Of a stretch of DNA of 64,000 nucleotides, positions 12,001-27,000 are shown in pieces. Each line of letters begins with the position of its first letter. The stretch's first letter is position 1. Source of the DNA: Eledone cirrhosa. Lineage: Eukaryota. The notes beneath the pieces were generated by a model, which saw only the letters and a program-made list of their open reading frames with translations, did not search any database and was not told the DNA's origin. Location of the stretch: NCBI GenBank assembly GCA_964016885.1, contig CAXHJY010000491.1:117497-181496 (forward strand), given 5' to 3'. The position numbers and the translations under genes are program-made.

Positions 12001-15000
12001 ACAGTATATTAGACCATGTTTCCCACATGTAGACAGTAGAGTTAGTACAATTGGCCAGTGACGTACAGTATGTTAGGCCATGTTTCCCACATGTATACAG
12101 AAGAGTTAGTACAATTGGCCAGTGAAGTACAGCATATTAGTCCATGTTTCCCACATGTAGACAGTAGAGTTAGTACAATTGGCCAGTGAAGTACAGTATG
12201 TTAGGCCATGTTTCCCACATGTAGACAGAAGAGTTAGTACAATTGGCCAGTGAAGTACAGCATATTAGGCCATGTTTCCCACATGTAGACAGTAGAGATA
12301 GTACAATTGTCCAGTGACGTACAGTAGGTTAGGCCATGTTTCCCACATGTAGACAGTAGAGTTAGTACAATTGGCCAATGAAGTACAGTATATTAGGCCA
12401 GTTTCCCCACATGTAGACAGTAGAGTTAGTACAATTGGCCAGTGAAGTACAGTATGCTAGGCCATGTTTCCACATGTAGACAATAGAGTTAGTACTGTTG
12501 GTCAGTGAAGTACAGTATGTTGGCACATGTTTCCCACATGTAGACAGTAAAGTTAGTACAATTGGTCAGTGAAGTACAGTGTATTAGGCCATGTTTCCCA
12601 CATGTAGACAGTAGAGTTAGTACACTTGACCAGTGAAGTACAGTATATTAGACCATGTTTCCCACATGTAGACAGTAGAGATAGTACAATTGTCCAGTGA
12701 CGTACAGTAGGTTAGGCCATGTTTCCCACATGTAGACAGTAGAGTTAGTACAAATGGCCAATGAAGTACAGTATATTAGGCCAGGTTTCCCGCATGTAGA
12801 CAGTATAATTAGTACAATTGACCAGTGAAGTACAGTATATTAGGCCATGTTTCCCACATGTAGACAGTAGAGTTAGTACAATTGGCCAGTGACGTATAGT
12901 ATGTTAGGCCATGTTTCTCACATCTAGAAAGTAGAGTTAGTACAATTGGCCAGTGAAGTACAGTAGGTTGGGCCATGTTTCCCACATGTAGACAGTAAAG
13001 TTAGTACAATTGGTCAGTGAAGTACAGTATGTTAGGCCATGTTTCCCACATGTAGACAGTAGAGTTAGTACAGTTGGTCAGTGAAGTACAGTATGTTGGG
13101 CCATGTTTACCACATGTAGACAGTAGAGTTAGTACAATTGGCCAGTGAAGTAAAGTATGTGAGGCCATGTTTCACACATGTTGACATCGGAGTTAGTACA
13201 ATTGGCCAGTGAAGTACAGTATATTAGGCATTGTTTCCCACGTGTAGACAGTAGAGTTAGTACAATTGGCCAATGAAGTACAGTATGTTAGGCCATGTTT
13301 CCCTCATGTAGACAGTAGAGTTAGTACAGTTGGTCAGTGAAGTACAGTATGTTGGGCCATGTTTACCACATGTAGACAGTAGAGTTAGTACAATTGGTTA
13401 GTGAAGTACAGTATGCTAGGCCATGTTTCCACATGTAGTCAGTAGAGTTAGTACAATTGGCCAGTGAAGAAAAGTATGTTAGGCCATGTTTTCCACATGT
13501 AGACAGTAGAGTTAGTACAATTGACCAGTGAAGTAGAGTATATTGGGACAGATTTCCCACATGTAGACAGTATAGTTAGTACAATTGACCAGTGAAGTAC
13601 AGCATATTAGGCCATGTTTCCCACATGTAGACAGTAGAGTTAGTACAATTGGCCAATGAAGTACAGTATATTAGGCCAGTTTCCCCACATGTAGACAATA
13701 GAGTTAGTACAAATGGCCAGTGAAGTACAGTATATTAGGCCATGTTTCCCACATGTAGACAGTAGAGTTAGTACAATTGGCCAGTGAAGTACAGTATGTT
13801 AGGCCATGTTTCCCACATGTTGACATCAGAGTTAGTACAATTGGTCAGTGAAGTACAGTATATTAGGCAATGTTTCCCACATGTAGACAGTAGAGTTAGT
13901 ACACAGGGTCAGTGAAGTACAGTATGTTAGGCCATGTTTCCCACATGTAGACAGTATAGAGTTAGTACAATTGGCCAGTGAAGTACAGTATGTTAGGCCA
14001 TGTTTCCCACATGTAGACAGTAGAGTTAGTACAATTGGCCAGTGAAGTACAGTATGTTAGGCCATGTTTCCCACATGTAGACAGTAGAGTTAGTACAATT
14101 GACCAGTGAAGTACAGTATATTAGACCATGTTTCCCACATGTAGACAGTAGAGTTAGTACAATTGACCAGTGACGTACAGTATGTTAGGCCATGTTTCCC
14201 ACATGTAGACAGAAGACTTAGTACAATTGGCCAGTGAAGTACAGCATATTAGGCCATGTTTCCCACATGTAGACAGTAGAGTTAGTACAATTGGCCAGTG
14301 AAGTACAGTATGTTAGGCCATGTTTCCCACATGTAGACAGAAGAGTTAGTACAATTGGCCAGTGAGGTACAGCATATTAGGCCATGTTTCCCACATGTAG
14401 ACAGTAGAGTTAGTACAATTGGCCAATGAAGTACAGTATATTAGGCCAGTTTCCCCACATGTAGACAGTAGAGTTAGTACAATTGGCCAGTGAAGTACAG
14501 TATGCTAGGCCATGTTTCCACATGTAGACACTAGAGTTAGTACTGTTGGTCAGTGAAGTACAGTATACTAGGCAATGTTTCCCACATGTAGACAGTAGAG
14601 TTAGTACAATTGGCCAATGAAGTACAGTATGTTAGGCCATGTTTCCCTCATGTAGACAGTAGAGTTAGTACAGTTGGTCAGTGAAGTACAGTATGTTGGG
14701 CCATGTTTACCACATGTAGACAGTAGAGTTAGTACAATTGGCCAGTGAAGTACAGTATGCTAGGCCATGTTTCCACATGTAGTCAGTAGAGTTAGTACAA
14801 TTGGCCAGTGAAGTAAAGTATGTTAGGCCATGTTTCCCACATGTAGACAGTAGAGTTAGTACAATGGACCAGTGAAGTAGAGTATATTGGGACAGATTTC
14901 CCACATGTAGACAGTATAGTTAGTACAATTGACCAGTGAAGTACAGCATATTAGGCCATGTTTCCCACATGTAGACAGTAGAGTTAGTACAATTGGCCAG

Positions 15001-18000
15001 TGAAGTACAGTATGTTAGGCCATGTTTCCCACATGTAGACAGAAGAGTTAGTACAATTGGCCAGTGAAGTACAGCATATTAGGCCATGTTTCTCACATGT
15101 AGACAGTAGAGTTAGTACAATTGGCCAGTGAAGTACAGTATGTTAGGCCATGTTTCCCACATGTTGACATCAGAGTTAGTACAATTGGTCAGTGAAGTAC
15201 AGTATATTAGGCAATGTTTCCCACATGTAGACAGTAGAGTTAGTACACAGGGTCAGTGAAGTACAGTATGTTAGGCCATGTTTCCCACATGTAGACAGTA
15301 TAGAGTTAGTACAATTGGCCAGTGAAGTACAGTATGTTAGGCCATGTTTCCCACATGTAGACAGTAGAGTTAGTACAGTTGGTCAGTGAAGTATAGTATG
15401 TTAGGCCATGTTTTCCACATGTAGGCAGTAGATTTAGTACAATTGGCCAGTGAAGTACAGTATGTTAGGCCATGTTTCCCACATGTAGAGAGTAGAGTTA
15501 GTACAGTTGGTCAGTGAAGTATAGTATGTTAGGCCATGTTTTCCACATGTAGACAGTAGAGTTAGTACAATTGGCCAGTGAAGTACAGTATGTTAGGCCA
15601 TGTTTCCCACATGTAGACAGTAGAGTTAGTACAATTGGCCAGTGAAGTAAAGTATGTTAGGCCATGTTTCCCACATGTAGACAGTAGAGTTAGTCCAATT
15701 GACCAGTGAAGTACAGTATATTAGGACATATTTCCCACATGTAGACAGTAGAGTTAGTACAATTGACCAGTGAAGTACAGTATATTAGACCATGTTTCCC
15801 ACATGTAGACAGTAGAGTTAGTACAATTGGCCAGTGACGAACAGTATGTTAGGCCATGTTTCCCACATGTAGACAGAAGACTTAGTACAATTGGCCAGTG
15901 AAGTACAGCATATTAGGCCATGTTTCCCACATGTAGACAGTAGAGTTAGTACAATTGGCCAGTGAAGTACAGTATGTTAGGCCATGTTTCCCACATGTAG
16001 ACAGAAGAGTTAGTACAATTGGCCAGTGAAGTACAGCATATTAGGTCATGTTTCCCACATGTAGACAGTAAAGTTAGTACAATTGGTCAGTGAAGTACAG
16101 TATATTAGGCCAGGTTTCCCGCATGTAGACAGTATAATTAGTACAATTGACCAGTGAAGTACAGTATATTAGGCCATGTTTCCCACATGTAGACAGTAGA
16201 GTTAGTACAATTGGCCAGTGACGTACAGTATGTTAGGCCATGTTTCCCATATGTAGACAGAAGAGTTAGTACAATTGGCCAGTGAAGTACAGCATATTAG
16301 GCCATGTTTCCCACATGTAGACAGTAGAGTTAGTACAATTGGCCAGTGAAGTACAGTATGTTAGGCCATGTTTCCCACATGTAGACAGAAGAGTTAGTAC
16401 AATTGGCCAGTGAAGTACAGCATATTAGGCCATGTTTCCTACATGTAGACAGTAGAGTTAGTACAATTAGCCGATGAAGTACAGTATATTAGGCCAGGTT
16501 CCCCACATCTAGAGAGTAGAGTTAGTACAATTGGCCAGTGAAGTACAGTATGTTGGGCCATGTTTCCCACATGTAGACAGTAGAGTTAGTACAAATGGCC
16601 AATGAAGTACAGTATATTAGGCCAGGTTTCCCGCATGTAGACAGTATAATTAATACAATTGACCAGTGAAGTACAGTATGTTAGGCCATGTTTCCCGCAT
16701 GTAGACAGAAGTGTTAGTACAATTGGCCAGTGAAGTACAGCATATTAGGCCATGTTTCCCACATTTAGACAGTAGAGTTAGACCAATTGGCCAATGAAGT
16801 ACAGTATATTAGGCCAGTTTCCCCACATGTAGACAGTAGAGTTAGTACAATTGGCCAGTGAAGTACAGTATGGTAGACCATGTTTCCACATGTAGACAGT
16901 AGAGTTAGTACTGTTGGTCAGTGAAGTACAGTATGTTGGGCCATGTTTCCCACATGTAGACAGTAAAGTTAGTACAATTGGTCAGTGAAGTACAGTATAT
17001 TAGGCCATGTTTCCCACATGTAGACAGTAGAGTTAGTACAATTGGCCATTGAAGTACAGTATGTTAGGCCATGTTTCCCACATCTAGACAGTAGAGTTAA
17101 TACAATTGACCAGTGAAGTACAGTATATTAGGACAGATTTTCCACATGTAGACAGTATAGTTAGTACAACTGACCAGTGAAGTACAGTATATTAGACGAT
17201 GTTTCCCACATGTAGACAGTAGAGTTAGTACAATTGGCCAGTGACGTACAGTATGTTAGGCCATGTTTCCCACATGTAGACAGTAGAGTTAGTACAATTG
17301 GCCATTGAAGTACAGTATATTAGGCCGGGTTTCCCGCATGTAGACATTATAATTAGTACAATTGGCCAGTGACGTACAGTATGTTAGGCCATGTTTCCCA
17401 CATGTAGACAGTAGAGTTAGTACAATTGGCCAGTGAAGTACAGTATGTTAGGCCATGTTTCCCACATGTAGACAGAAGAGTTAGTACAATTGGCCAGTGA
17501 AGTACAACATATTAGGCCATGTTTCCCACATGTAGACAGTAGAGTTAGTACAATTGGCCAATGAAGTACAGTATATTAGGCCAGTTTCCCCACATGTAGA
17601 CAGTACAGTTAGTACAATTGGCCAGTGAAGTACAGTATGCTAGGCCATGTTTCCACATGTAGACAGTAGAGTTAGTACTGTTGGTCAGTGAAGTACAGTA
17701 TGTTGGGCCATGTTTCCCACATGTAGACAGTAAAGTTAGTACAATTGGTCAGTGAAGTACAGTGTATTAGGCCATGTTTCCCACATCTGGAGAGTAGAGT
17801 TAGTAATTGACCAGTGAAGTACAGTATATTAGGACAGATTTCCCACATGTAGACAGTATAGTTAGTACAATTGACCAGTGAAGTACAGTATATTAGACCA
17901 TGTTTCCCACATGTAGAGAGTAGATTTAGTACAATTGGCCAGTGACGTATAGTATGTTAGGCCATGTTTCCCACATGTAGAGAGTAGAGTTAGTACAAAT

Positions 18001-21000
18001 GGCCAATTAAGTACAGTATATTAGGCCAGGTTTCCCGCATGTAGACAGTATAATTAGTACAATTGACCAGTGAAGTACAGTATATTAGGCCATGTTTCCC
18101 ACATGTAGACAGTAGAGTTAGTACAATTGGCCAGTGACGTACAGTATGTTAGGCCATGTTTCCCATATGTAGACAGAAGAGTTAGTACAATTGGCCAGTG
18201 AAGTACAGCATATTAGGCCATGTTTCCCACATGTAGACAGTAGAGTTAGTACAATTGGCCAGTGAAGTACAGTATGTTAGGCCATGTTTCCCACATGTAG
18301 ACAGAAGAGTTAGTACAATTGGCCAGTGAAGTACAGCATATTAGGCCATGTTTCCCACATGTAGACAGTAGAGTTATTACAATTAGCCGATGAAGTACAG
18401 TATATTAGGCCAGGTTCCCCACATCTAGAAAGTAGAGTTAGTACAATTGGCCAGTGAAGTACAGTATGTTGGGCCATGTTTACCACATGTAGACAGTAGA
18501 GTTAGTACAAATGGCCAATGAAGTACAGTATATTAGGCCAGGTTTCCCGCATGTAGACAGTATAATTAGTACAATTGACCAGTGAAGTACAGTATATTAG
18601 GCCATGTTTCCCACATGTAGACAGTAGAGTTAGTACAATTGGCCAGTGACGTACAGTATGTTAGGCCATGTTTCCCGCATGTAGACAGAAGTGTTAGTAC
18701 AATTGGCCAGTGAAGTACAGCATATTAGGCCATGTTACCCACATTTAGACAGTAGAGTTAGACCAATTGGCCAATGAAGTACAGTATATTAGGCCAGTTT
18801 CCCCACATGTAGACAGTAGAGTTAGTTCAATTGGCCAGTGAAGTACAGTATGGTAGACCATGTTTCCACATGTAGACAGTAGAGTTAGTACTGTTGGTCA
18901 GTGAAGTACAGTATGTTGGGCCATGTTTCCCACATGTAGACAGTAAAGTTAGTACAATTGGTCAGTGAAGTACAGTATATTAGGCCATGTTTCCCACATG
19001 TAGACAGTAGAGTTAGTACAATTGGTCATTGAAGTACAGTATGTTAGACCATGTTTCCCACATGTAGACAGTAGAGTTAGTACAGTTGGTCAGTGAAGTA
19101 CAGTATGTTAGGCCATGTTTCCCACATGTAGACAGAAGAGTTAGTACAATTGGCCAGTGAAGTACAGCATATTAGGTCATGTTTCCCACATGTAGACAGT
19201 AGAGTTAGTACAATTGGCCAATGAAGTACAGTATATTAGGCCAGTTTCCCCACATGTAGACAGTAGAGTTAGTACAATTGGCCAGTGAAGTACAGTATGC
19301 TAGGCCATGTTTCCACATATAGACAGTAGAGTTAGTACTGTTGGTCAGTGAAGTACAGTATGTTGGGCCATGTTTCCCACATGTAGACAGTAAAGTTAGT
19401 ACAATTGGTCAGTGAAATACAGTATATTAGGCCAGGTTTCCCGCATGTAGACAGTATAATTAGTACAATTGACCAGTGAAGTACAGTATATTAGGCCATG
19501 TTTCCCACATGTAGACAGTAGAGTTAGTACAATTGGCCAGTGACGTACAGTATGTTAGGCCATGTTTCCCATATGTAGACAGAAGAGTTAGTACAATTGG
19601 CCAGTGAAGTACAGCATATTAGGCCATGTTTCCCACATGTAGACAGTAGAGTTAGTACAATTGGCCAGTGATGTACAGCATGTTTAGGCCATGTTTCCCA
19701 CATGTAGACAGAAGAGTTAGTACAATTGGCCAGTGAAGTACAGCATATTAGGCCATGTTTCCCACATGTAGACAGTAGAGTTACTACAATTAGCCGATGA
19801 AGTACAGTATATTAGGCCAGGTTCCCCACATCTAGAAAGTAGAGTTAGTACAATTGGCCAGTGAAGTACAGTATGTTGGGCCATGTTTCCCACATGTAGA
19901 CAGTAGAGTTAGTACAAATGGCCAATGAAGTACAGTATATTAGGCCAGGTTTCCCGCATGTAGACAGTATAATTAGTACAATTGACCAGTGAAGTACAGT
20001 ATGTTAGGCCATGTTTCCCGCATGTAGACAGAAGTGTTAGTACAATTGGCCAGTGAAGTACAGCATATTAGGCCATGTTTCCCACATTTAGACAGTAGAG
20101 TTAGACCAATTGGCCAATGAAGTACAGTATATTAGGCCAGTTTCCCCACATGTAGACAGTAGAGTTAGTACAATTGGCCAGTGAAGTACAGTATGGTAGA
20201 CCATGTTTCCACATGTAGACAGTAGAGTTAGTACTGTTGGTCAGTGAAGTACAGTATGTTGGGCCATGTTTCCCACATGTAGACAGTAAAGTTAGTACAA
20301 TTGGTCAGTGAAGTACAGTATATTAGGCCATGTTTCCCACATGTAGACAGTAGAGTTAGTACAATTGGCCATTGAAGTACAGTATGTTAGGCCATGTTTC
20401 CCACATGTAGACAGTAGAGTTAGTACAGTTGGTCAGTGAAGTACAGTATGTTAGGCCATGTTTCCCACATCTAGACAGTAGAGTTAATACAATTGACCAG
20501 TGAAGTACAGTATATTAGGACAGATTTACCACATGTAGACAGTATAGTTAGTACAACTGACCAGTGAAGTACAGTATATTAGACCATGTTTCCCACATGT
20601 AGACAGTAGAGTTAGTACAATTGGCCAGTGACGTACAGTATGTTAGGCCATGTTTCCCACATGTAGACAGTAGAGTTAGTACAATTGGCCAATTAAGTAC
20701 AGCATATTAGGCCATGTTTCCCACATGTAGACAGTAGAGTTAGTACAATTGGCCAATGAAGTACAGTATATTAGGCCAGTTTCCCCACATGTAGACAGTA
20801 GAGTTAGTACAATTGGCCTGTGAAGTACAGTATGCTAGGCCATGTTTCCACATGTAGACAGTAGAGTTAGTACTGTTGGTCAGTGAAGTACAGTATGTTG
20901 GGCCATGTTTCCCACATGTAGACAGTAAAGTTAGTACAATTGGTCAGTGAAGTACAGTGTATTAGGCCATGTTTCCCACATCTGGACAGTAGAGTTAGTA

Positions 21001-24000
21001 ATTGACCAGTGAAGTACAGTATATTAGGACAAATTTCCCACATGTAGACAGTATAGTTAGTACAATTGACCAGTGAAGTACAGTATATTAGACCATGTTC
21101 CCCACATGTAGAGAGTAGATTTAGTACAATTGGCCAGTGACGTATAGTATGTTAGGCCATGTTTCCCACATGTAGACAGTAGAGTTAGTACAAATGGCCA
21201 ATTAAGTACAGTATATTAGGCCAGGTTTCCCGCATGTAGACAGTATAATTAGTACAATTGACCAGTGAAGTACAGTATATTAGGCCATGTTTCCCACATG
21301 TAGACAGTAGAGTTAGTACAATTGGCCAGTGACGTACAGTATGTTAGGCCATGTTTCCCATATGTAGACAGAAGAGTTAGTACAATTGGCCAGTGAAGTA
21401 CAGTATGTTAGGCCATGTTTCCCACATGTAGACAGAAGAGTTAGTACAATTGGCCAGTGAAGTACAGCATATTAGGCCATGTTTCCCACATGTAGACAGT
21501 AGAGTTATTACAATTAGCCGATGAAGTACAGTATATTAGGCCAGGTTCCCCACATCTAGAAAGTAGAGTTAGTACAATTGGCCAGTGAAGTACAGTATGT
21601 TGGGCCATGTTTCCCACATGTAGACAGTAGAGTTAGTACAAATGGCCAATGAAGTACAGTATATTAGGCCAGGTTTCCCGCATGTAGACAGTATAATTAG
21701 TACAATTGACCAGTGAAGTACAGTATATTAGGCCATGTTTCCCACATGTAGACAGTAGAGTTAGTACAATTGGCCAGTGACGTACAGTATGTTAGGCCAT
21801 GTTTCTCGCATGTAGACAGAAGTGTTAGTACAATTGGCCAGTGAAGTACAGCATATTAGGCCATGTTACCCACATTTAGACAGTAGAGTTAGACCAATTG
21901 GCCAATGAAGTACAGTATATTAGGCCAGTTTCCCCACATGTAGACAGTAGAGTTAGTACAATTGGCCAGTGAAGTACAGTATGGTAGACCATGTTTCCAC
22001 ATGTAGACAGTAGAGTTAGTACTGTTGGTCAGTGAAGTACAGTATGTTGGGCCATGTTTCCCACATGTAGACAGTAGAGTTAGTACAATTGGCCAATGAA
22101 GTACAGTATATTAGGCCAGTTTCCCCACATGTAGACAGTAGAGTTAGTACAATTGGCCAGTGAAGTACAGTATGCTAGGCCATGTTTCCACATGTAGACA
22201 GTAGAGTTAGTACTGTTGGTCAGTGAAGTACAGTATGTTGGGCCATGTTTCCCACATGTAGACAGTAAAGTTAGTACAATTGGTCAGTGAAGTACAGTGT
22301 ATTAGGCCATGTTTCCCACATCTGGACAGTAGAGTTAGTAATTGACCAGTGAAGTACAGTATATTAGGACAGATTTCCCACATGTAGACAGTATAGTTAG
22401 TACAATTGACCAGTGAAGTACAGTATATTAGACCATGTTCCCCACATGTAGAGAGTAGATTTAGTACAATTGGCCAGTGACGTATAGTATGTTAGGCCAT
22501 GTTTCCCACATGTAGACAGTAGAGTTAGTACAAATGGCCAATTAAGTACAGTATATTAGGCCAGGTTTCCCGCATGTAGACAGTATAATTAGTACAATTG
22601 ACCAGTGAAGTACAGTATATTAGGCCATGTTTCCCACATGTAGACAGTAGAGTTAGTACAATTGGCCAGTGACGTACAGTATGTTAGGCCATGTTTCCCA
22701 TATGTAGACAGAAGAGTTAGTACAATTGGCCAGTGAAGTACAGCATATTAGGCCATGTTTCCCACATGTAGACAGTAGAGTTAGTACAATTGGCCAGTGA
22801 AGTACAGTATGTTAGGCCATGTTTCCCACATGTAGACAGAAGAGTTAGTACAATTGGCCAGTGAAGTACAGCATATTAGGCCATGTTTCCCACATGTAGA
22901 CAGTAGAGTTATTACAATTAGCCGATGAAGTACAGTATATTAGGCCAGGTTCCCCACATCTAGAAAGTAGAGTTAGTACAATTGGCCAGTGAAGTACAGT
23001 ATGTTGGGCCATGTTTCCCACATGTAGACAGTAGAGTTAGTACAAATGGCCAATGAAGTACAGTATATTAGGCCAGGTTTCCCGCATGTAGACAGTATAA
23101 TTAGTACAATTGACCAGTGAAGTACAGTATATTAGGCCATGTTTCCCACATGTAGACAGTAGAGTTAGTACAATTGGCCAGTGACGTACAGTATGCTAGG
23201 CCATGTTTCCCGCATGTAGACAGAAGTGTTAGTACAATTGGCCAGTGAAGTACAGCATATTAGGCCATGTTACCCACATTTAGACAGTAGAGTTAGACCA
23301 ATTGGCCAATGAAGTACAGTATATTAGGCCAGTTTCCCCACATGTAGACAGTAGAGTTAGTACAATTGGCCAGTGAAGTACAGTATGGTAGACCATGTTT
23401 CCACATGTAGACAGTAGAGTTAGTACTGTTGGTCAGTGAAGTACAGTATGTTGGGCCATGTTTCCCACATGTAGACAGTAGAGTTAGTACAATTGGTCAG
23501 TGAAGTACAGTATATTAGGCCATGTTTCCCACATGTAGACAGTAGAGTTAGTACAATTGGCCAGTGAAGTACAGTATGTTAGGCCATGTTTCCCACATGT
23601 TGACATCAGAGTTAGTACAATTGGTCAGTGAAGTACAGTATATTAGGCAATGTTTCCCACATGTAGACAGTAGAGTTAGTACACAGGGTCAGTGAAGTAC
23701 AGTATGTTAGGCCATGTTTCCCACATGTAGACAGTATAGAGTTAGTACAATTGGCCAGTGAAGTACAGTATGTTAGGCCATGTTTCCCACATGTAGACAG
23801 TAGAGTTAGTACAGTTGGTCAGTGAAGTATAGTATGTTAGGCCATGTTTTCCACATGTAGACAGTAGAGTTAGTACAATTGGCCAGTGAAGTATAGTATG
23901 TTAGGCCATGTTTCCCACATGTAGTCAGTAGAGTTAGTACAATTGGCCAGTGAAGTAAAGTATGTTAGGCCATGTTTCCCACATGTAGACAGTAGAGTTA

Positions 24001-27000
24001 GTACAATTGACCAGTGAAGTACAGTATATTAGGACAGATTTCCCACATGTAGACAGTAGAGTTAGTACAATTGACCAGTGAAGTACAGTATATTAGACCA
24101 TGTTTCCCACATGTAGACAGTAGAGTTAGTACAATTGGCCAGTGACGTACAGTATGTTAGGCCATGTTTCCCACATGTAGACAGAAGACTTAGTACAATT
24201 GGCCAGTGAAGTACAGCATATTAGGCCATGTTTCCCACATGTAGACAGTAGAGTTAGTACAATTGGCCAGTGAAGTACAGTATGTTAGGCCATGTTTCCC
24301 ACATGTAGACAGAAGAGTTAGTACAATTGGCCAGTGAAGTACAGCATATTAGGCCATGTTTCCCACATGTAGACAGTAGAGTTAGTACAATTGGCCAATG
24401 AAGTACAGTATATTAGGCCAGTTTCCCCACATGTAGACAGTAGAGTTAGTACAATTGGCCAGTGAAGTACAGTATGCTAGGCCATGTTTCCACATGTAGA
24501 CAGTAGAGTTAGTACTGTTGGTCAGTGAAGTACAGTATATTAGGCAATGTTTCCCACATGTAGACAGTAGAGTTAGTACAATTGGCCAATGAAGTACAGT
24601 ATGTTAGGCCATGTTTCCCTCATGTAGACAGTAGAGTTAGTACAGTTGGTCAGTGAAGTACAGTATGTTGGGCCATGTTTACCACATGTAGACAGTAGAG
24701 TTAGTACAATTGGCCAGTGAAGTACAGTATGCTAGGCCATGTTTCCACATGTAGTCAGTAGAGTTAGTACAATTGGCCAGTGAAGTAAAGTATGTTAGGC
24801 CATGTTTCCCACATGTAGACAGTAGAGTTAGTACAATGGACCAGTGAAGTAGAGTATATTGGGACAGATTTCCCACATGTAGACAGTATAGTTAGTACAA
24901 TTGACCAGTGAAGTACAGCATATTAGGCCATGTTTCCCACATGTAGACAGTAGAGTTAGTACAATTGGCCAGTGAAGTACAGTATGTTAGGCCATGTTTC
25001 CCACATGTAGACAGAAGAGTTAGTACAATTGGCCAGTGAAGTACAGCATATTAGGCCATGTTTCTCACATGTAGACAGTAGAGTTAGTACAATTGGCCAG
25101 TGAAGTACAGTATGTTAGGCCATGTTTCCCACATGTTGACATCAGAGTTAGTACAATTGGTCAGTGAAGTACAGTATATTAGGCAATGTTTCCCACATGT
25201 AGACAGTAGAGTTAGTACACAGGGTCAGTGAAGTACAGTATGTTAGGCCATGTTTTCCACATGTAGGCAGTAGATTTAGTACAATTGGCCAGTGAAGTAC
25301 AGTATGTTAGGCCATGTTTCCCACATGTAGAGAGTAGAGTTAGTACAGTTGGTCAGTGAAGTATAGTATGTTAGGCCATGTTTTCCACATGTAGACAGTA
25401 GAGTTAGTACAATTGGCCAGTAAAGTACAGTATGTTAGGCCATGTTTCCCACATGTAGACAGTAGAGTTAGTACAATTGGCCAGTGAAGTAAAGTATGTT
25501 AGGCCATGTTTCCCACATGTAGACAGTAGAGTTAGTCCAATTGACCAGTGAAGTACAGTATATTAGGACATATTTCCCACATGTAGACAGTAGAGTTAGT
25601 ACAATTGACCAGTGAAGTACAGTATATTAGACCATGTTTCCCACATGTAGACAGTAGAGTTAGTACAATTGGCCAGTGACGAACAGTATGTTAGGCCATG
25701 TTTCCCACATGTAGACAGAAGACTTAGTACAATTGGCCAGTGAAGTACAGCATATTAGGCCATGTTTCCCACATGTAGACAGTAGAGTTAGTACAATTGG
25801 CCAGTGAAGTACAGTATGTTAGGCCATGTTTCCCACATGTAGACAGAAGAGTTAGTACAATTGGCCAGTGAAGTACAGCATATTAGGTCATGTTTCCCAC
25901 ATGTAGACAGTAGAGTTAGTACAATTGGCCAATGAAGTACAGTATATTAGGCCAGTTTCCCCACATGTAGACAGTAGAGTTAGTACAATTGGCCAGTGAA
26001 GTACAGTATGCTAGGCCATGTTTCCACATGTAGACAGTAGAGTTAGTACTGTTGGTCAGTGAAGTACAGTATGTTGGGCCATGTTTCCCACATGTAGACA
26101 GTAAAGTTAGTACAATTGGTCAGTGAAGTACAGTATATTAGGCCAGGTTTCCCGCATGTAGACAGTATAATTAGTACAATTGACCAGTGAAGTACAGTAT
26201 ATTAGGCCATGTTTCCCACATGTAGACAGTAGAGTTAGTACAATTGGCCAGTGACGTACAGTATGTTAGGCCATGTTTCCCACATGTAGACAGAAGACTT
26301 AGTACAATTGGCCAGTGAAGTACAGCATATTAGGCCATGTTTCCCACATGTAGACAGTAGAGTTAGTACAATTGGCCAGTGAAGTACAGTATGTTAGGCC
26401 ATGTTTCCCACATGTAGACAGAAGAGTTAGTACAATTGGCCAGTGAAGTACAGCATATTAGGCCATGTTTCCCACATGTAGACAGTAGAGTTAGTACAAT
26501 TGGCCAATGAAGTACAGTATATTAGGCCAGTTTCCCCACATGTAGACAGTAGAGTTAGTACAATTGGCCAGTGAAGTACAGTATGCTAGGCCATGTTTCC
26601 ACATGTAGACAGTAGAGTTAGTACTGTTGGTCAGTGAAGTACAGTATATTAGGCAATGTTTCCCACATGTAGACAGTAGAGTTAGTACAATTGGCCAATG
26701 AAGTACAGTATGTTAGGCCATGTTTCCCTCATGTAGACAGTAGAGTTAGTACAGTTGGTCAGTGAAGTACAGTATGTTGGGCCATGTTTACCACATGTAG
26801 ACAGTAGAGTTAGTACAATTGGCCAGTGAAGTACAGTATGCTAGGCCATGTTTCCACATGTAGTTAGTAGAGTTAGTACAATTGGCCAGTGAAGTAAAGT
26901 ATGTTAGGCCATGTTTCCCACATGTAGACAGTAGAGTTAGTACAATGGACCAGTGAAGTAGAGTATATTGGGACAGATTTCCCACATGTAGACAGTATAG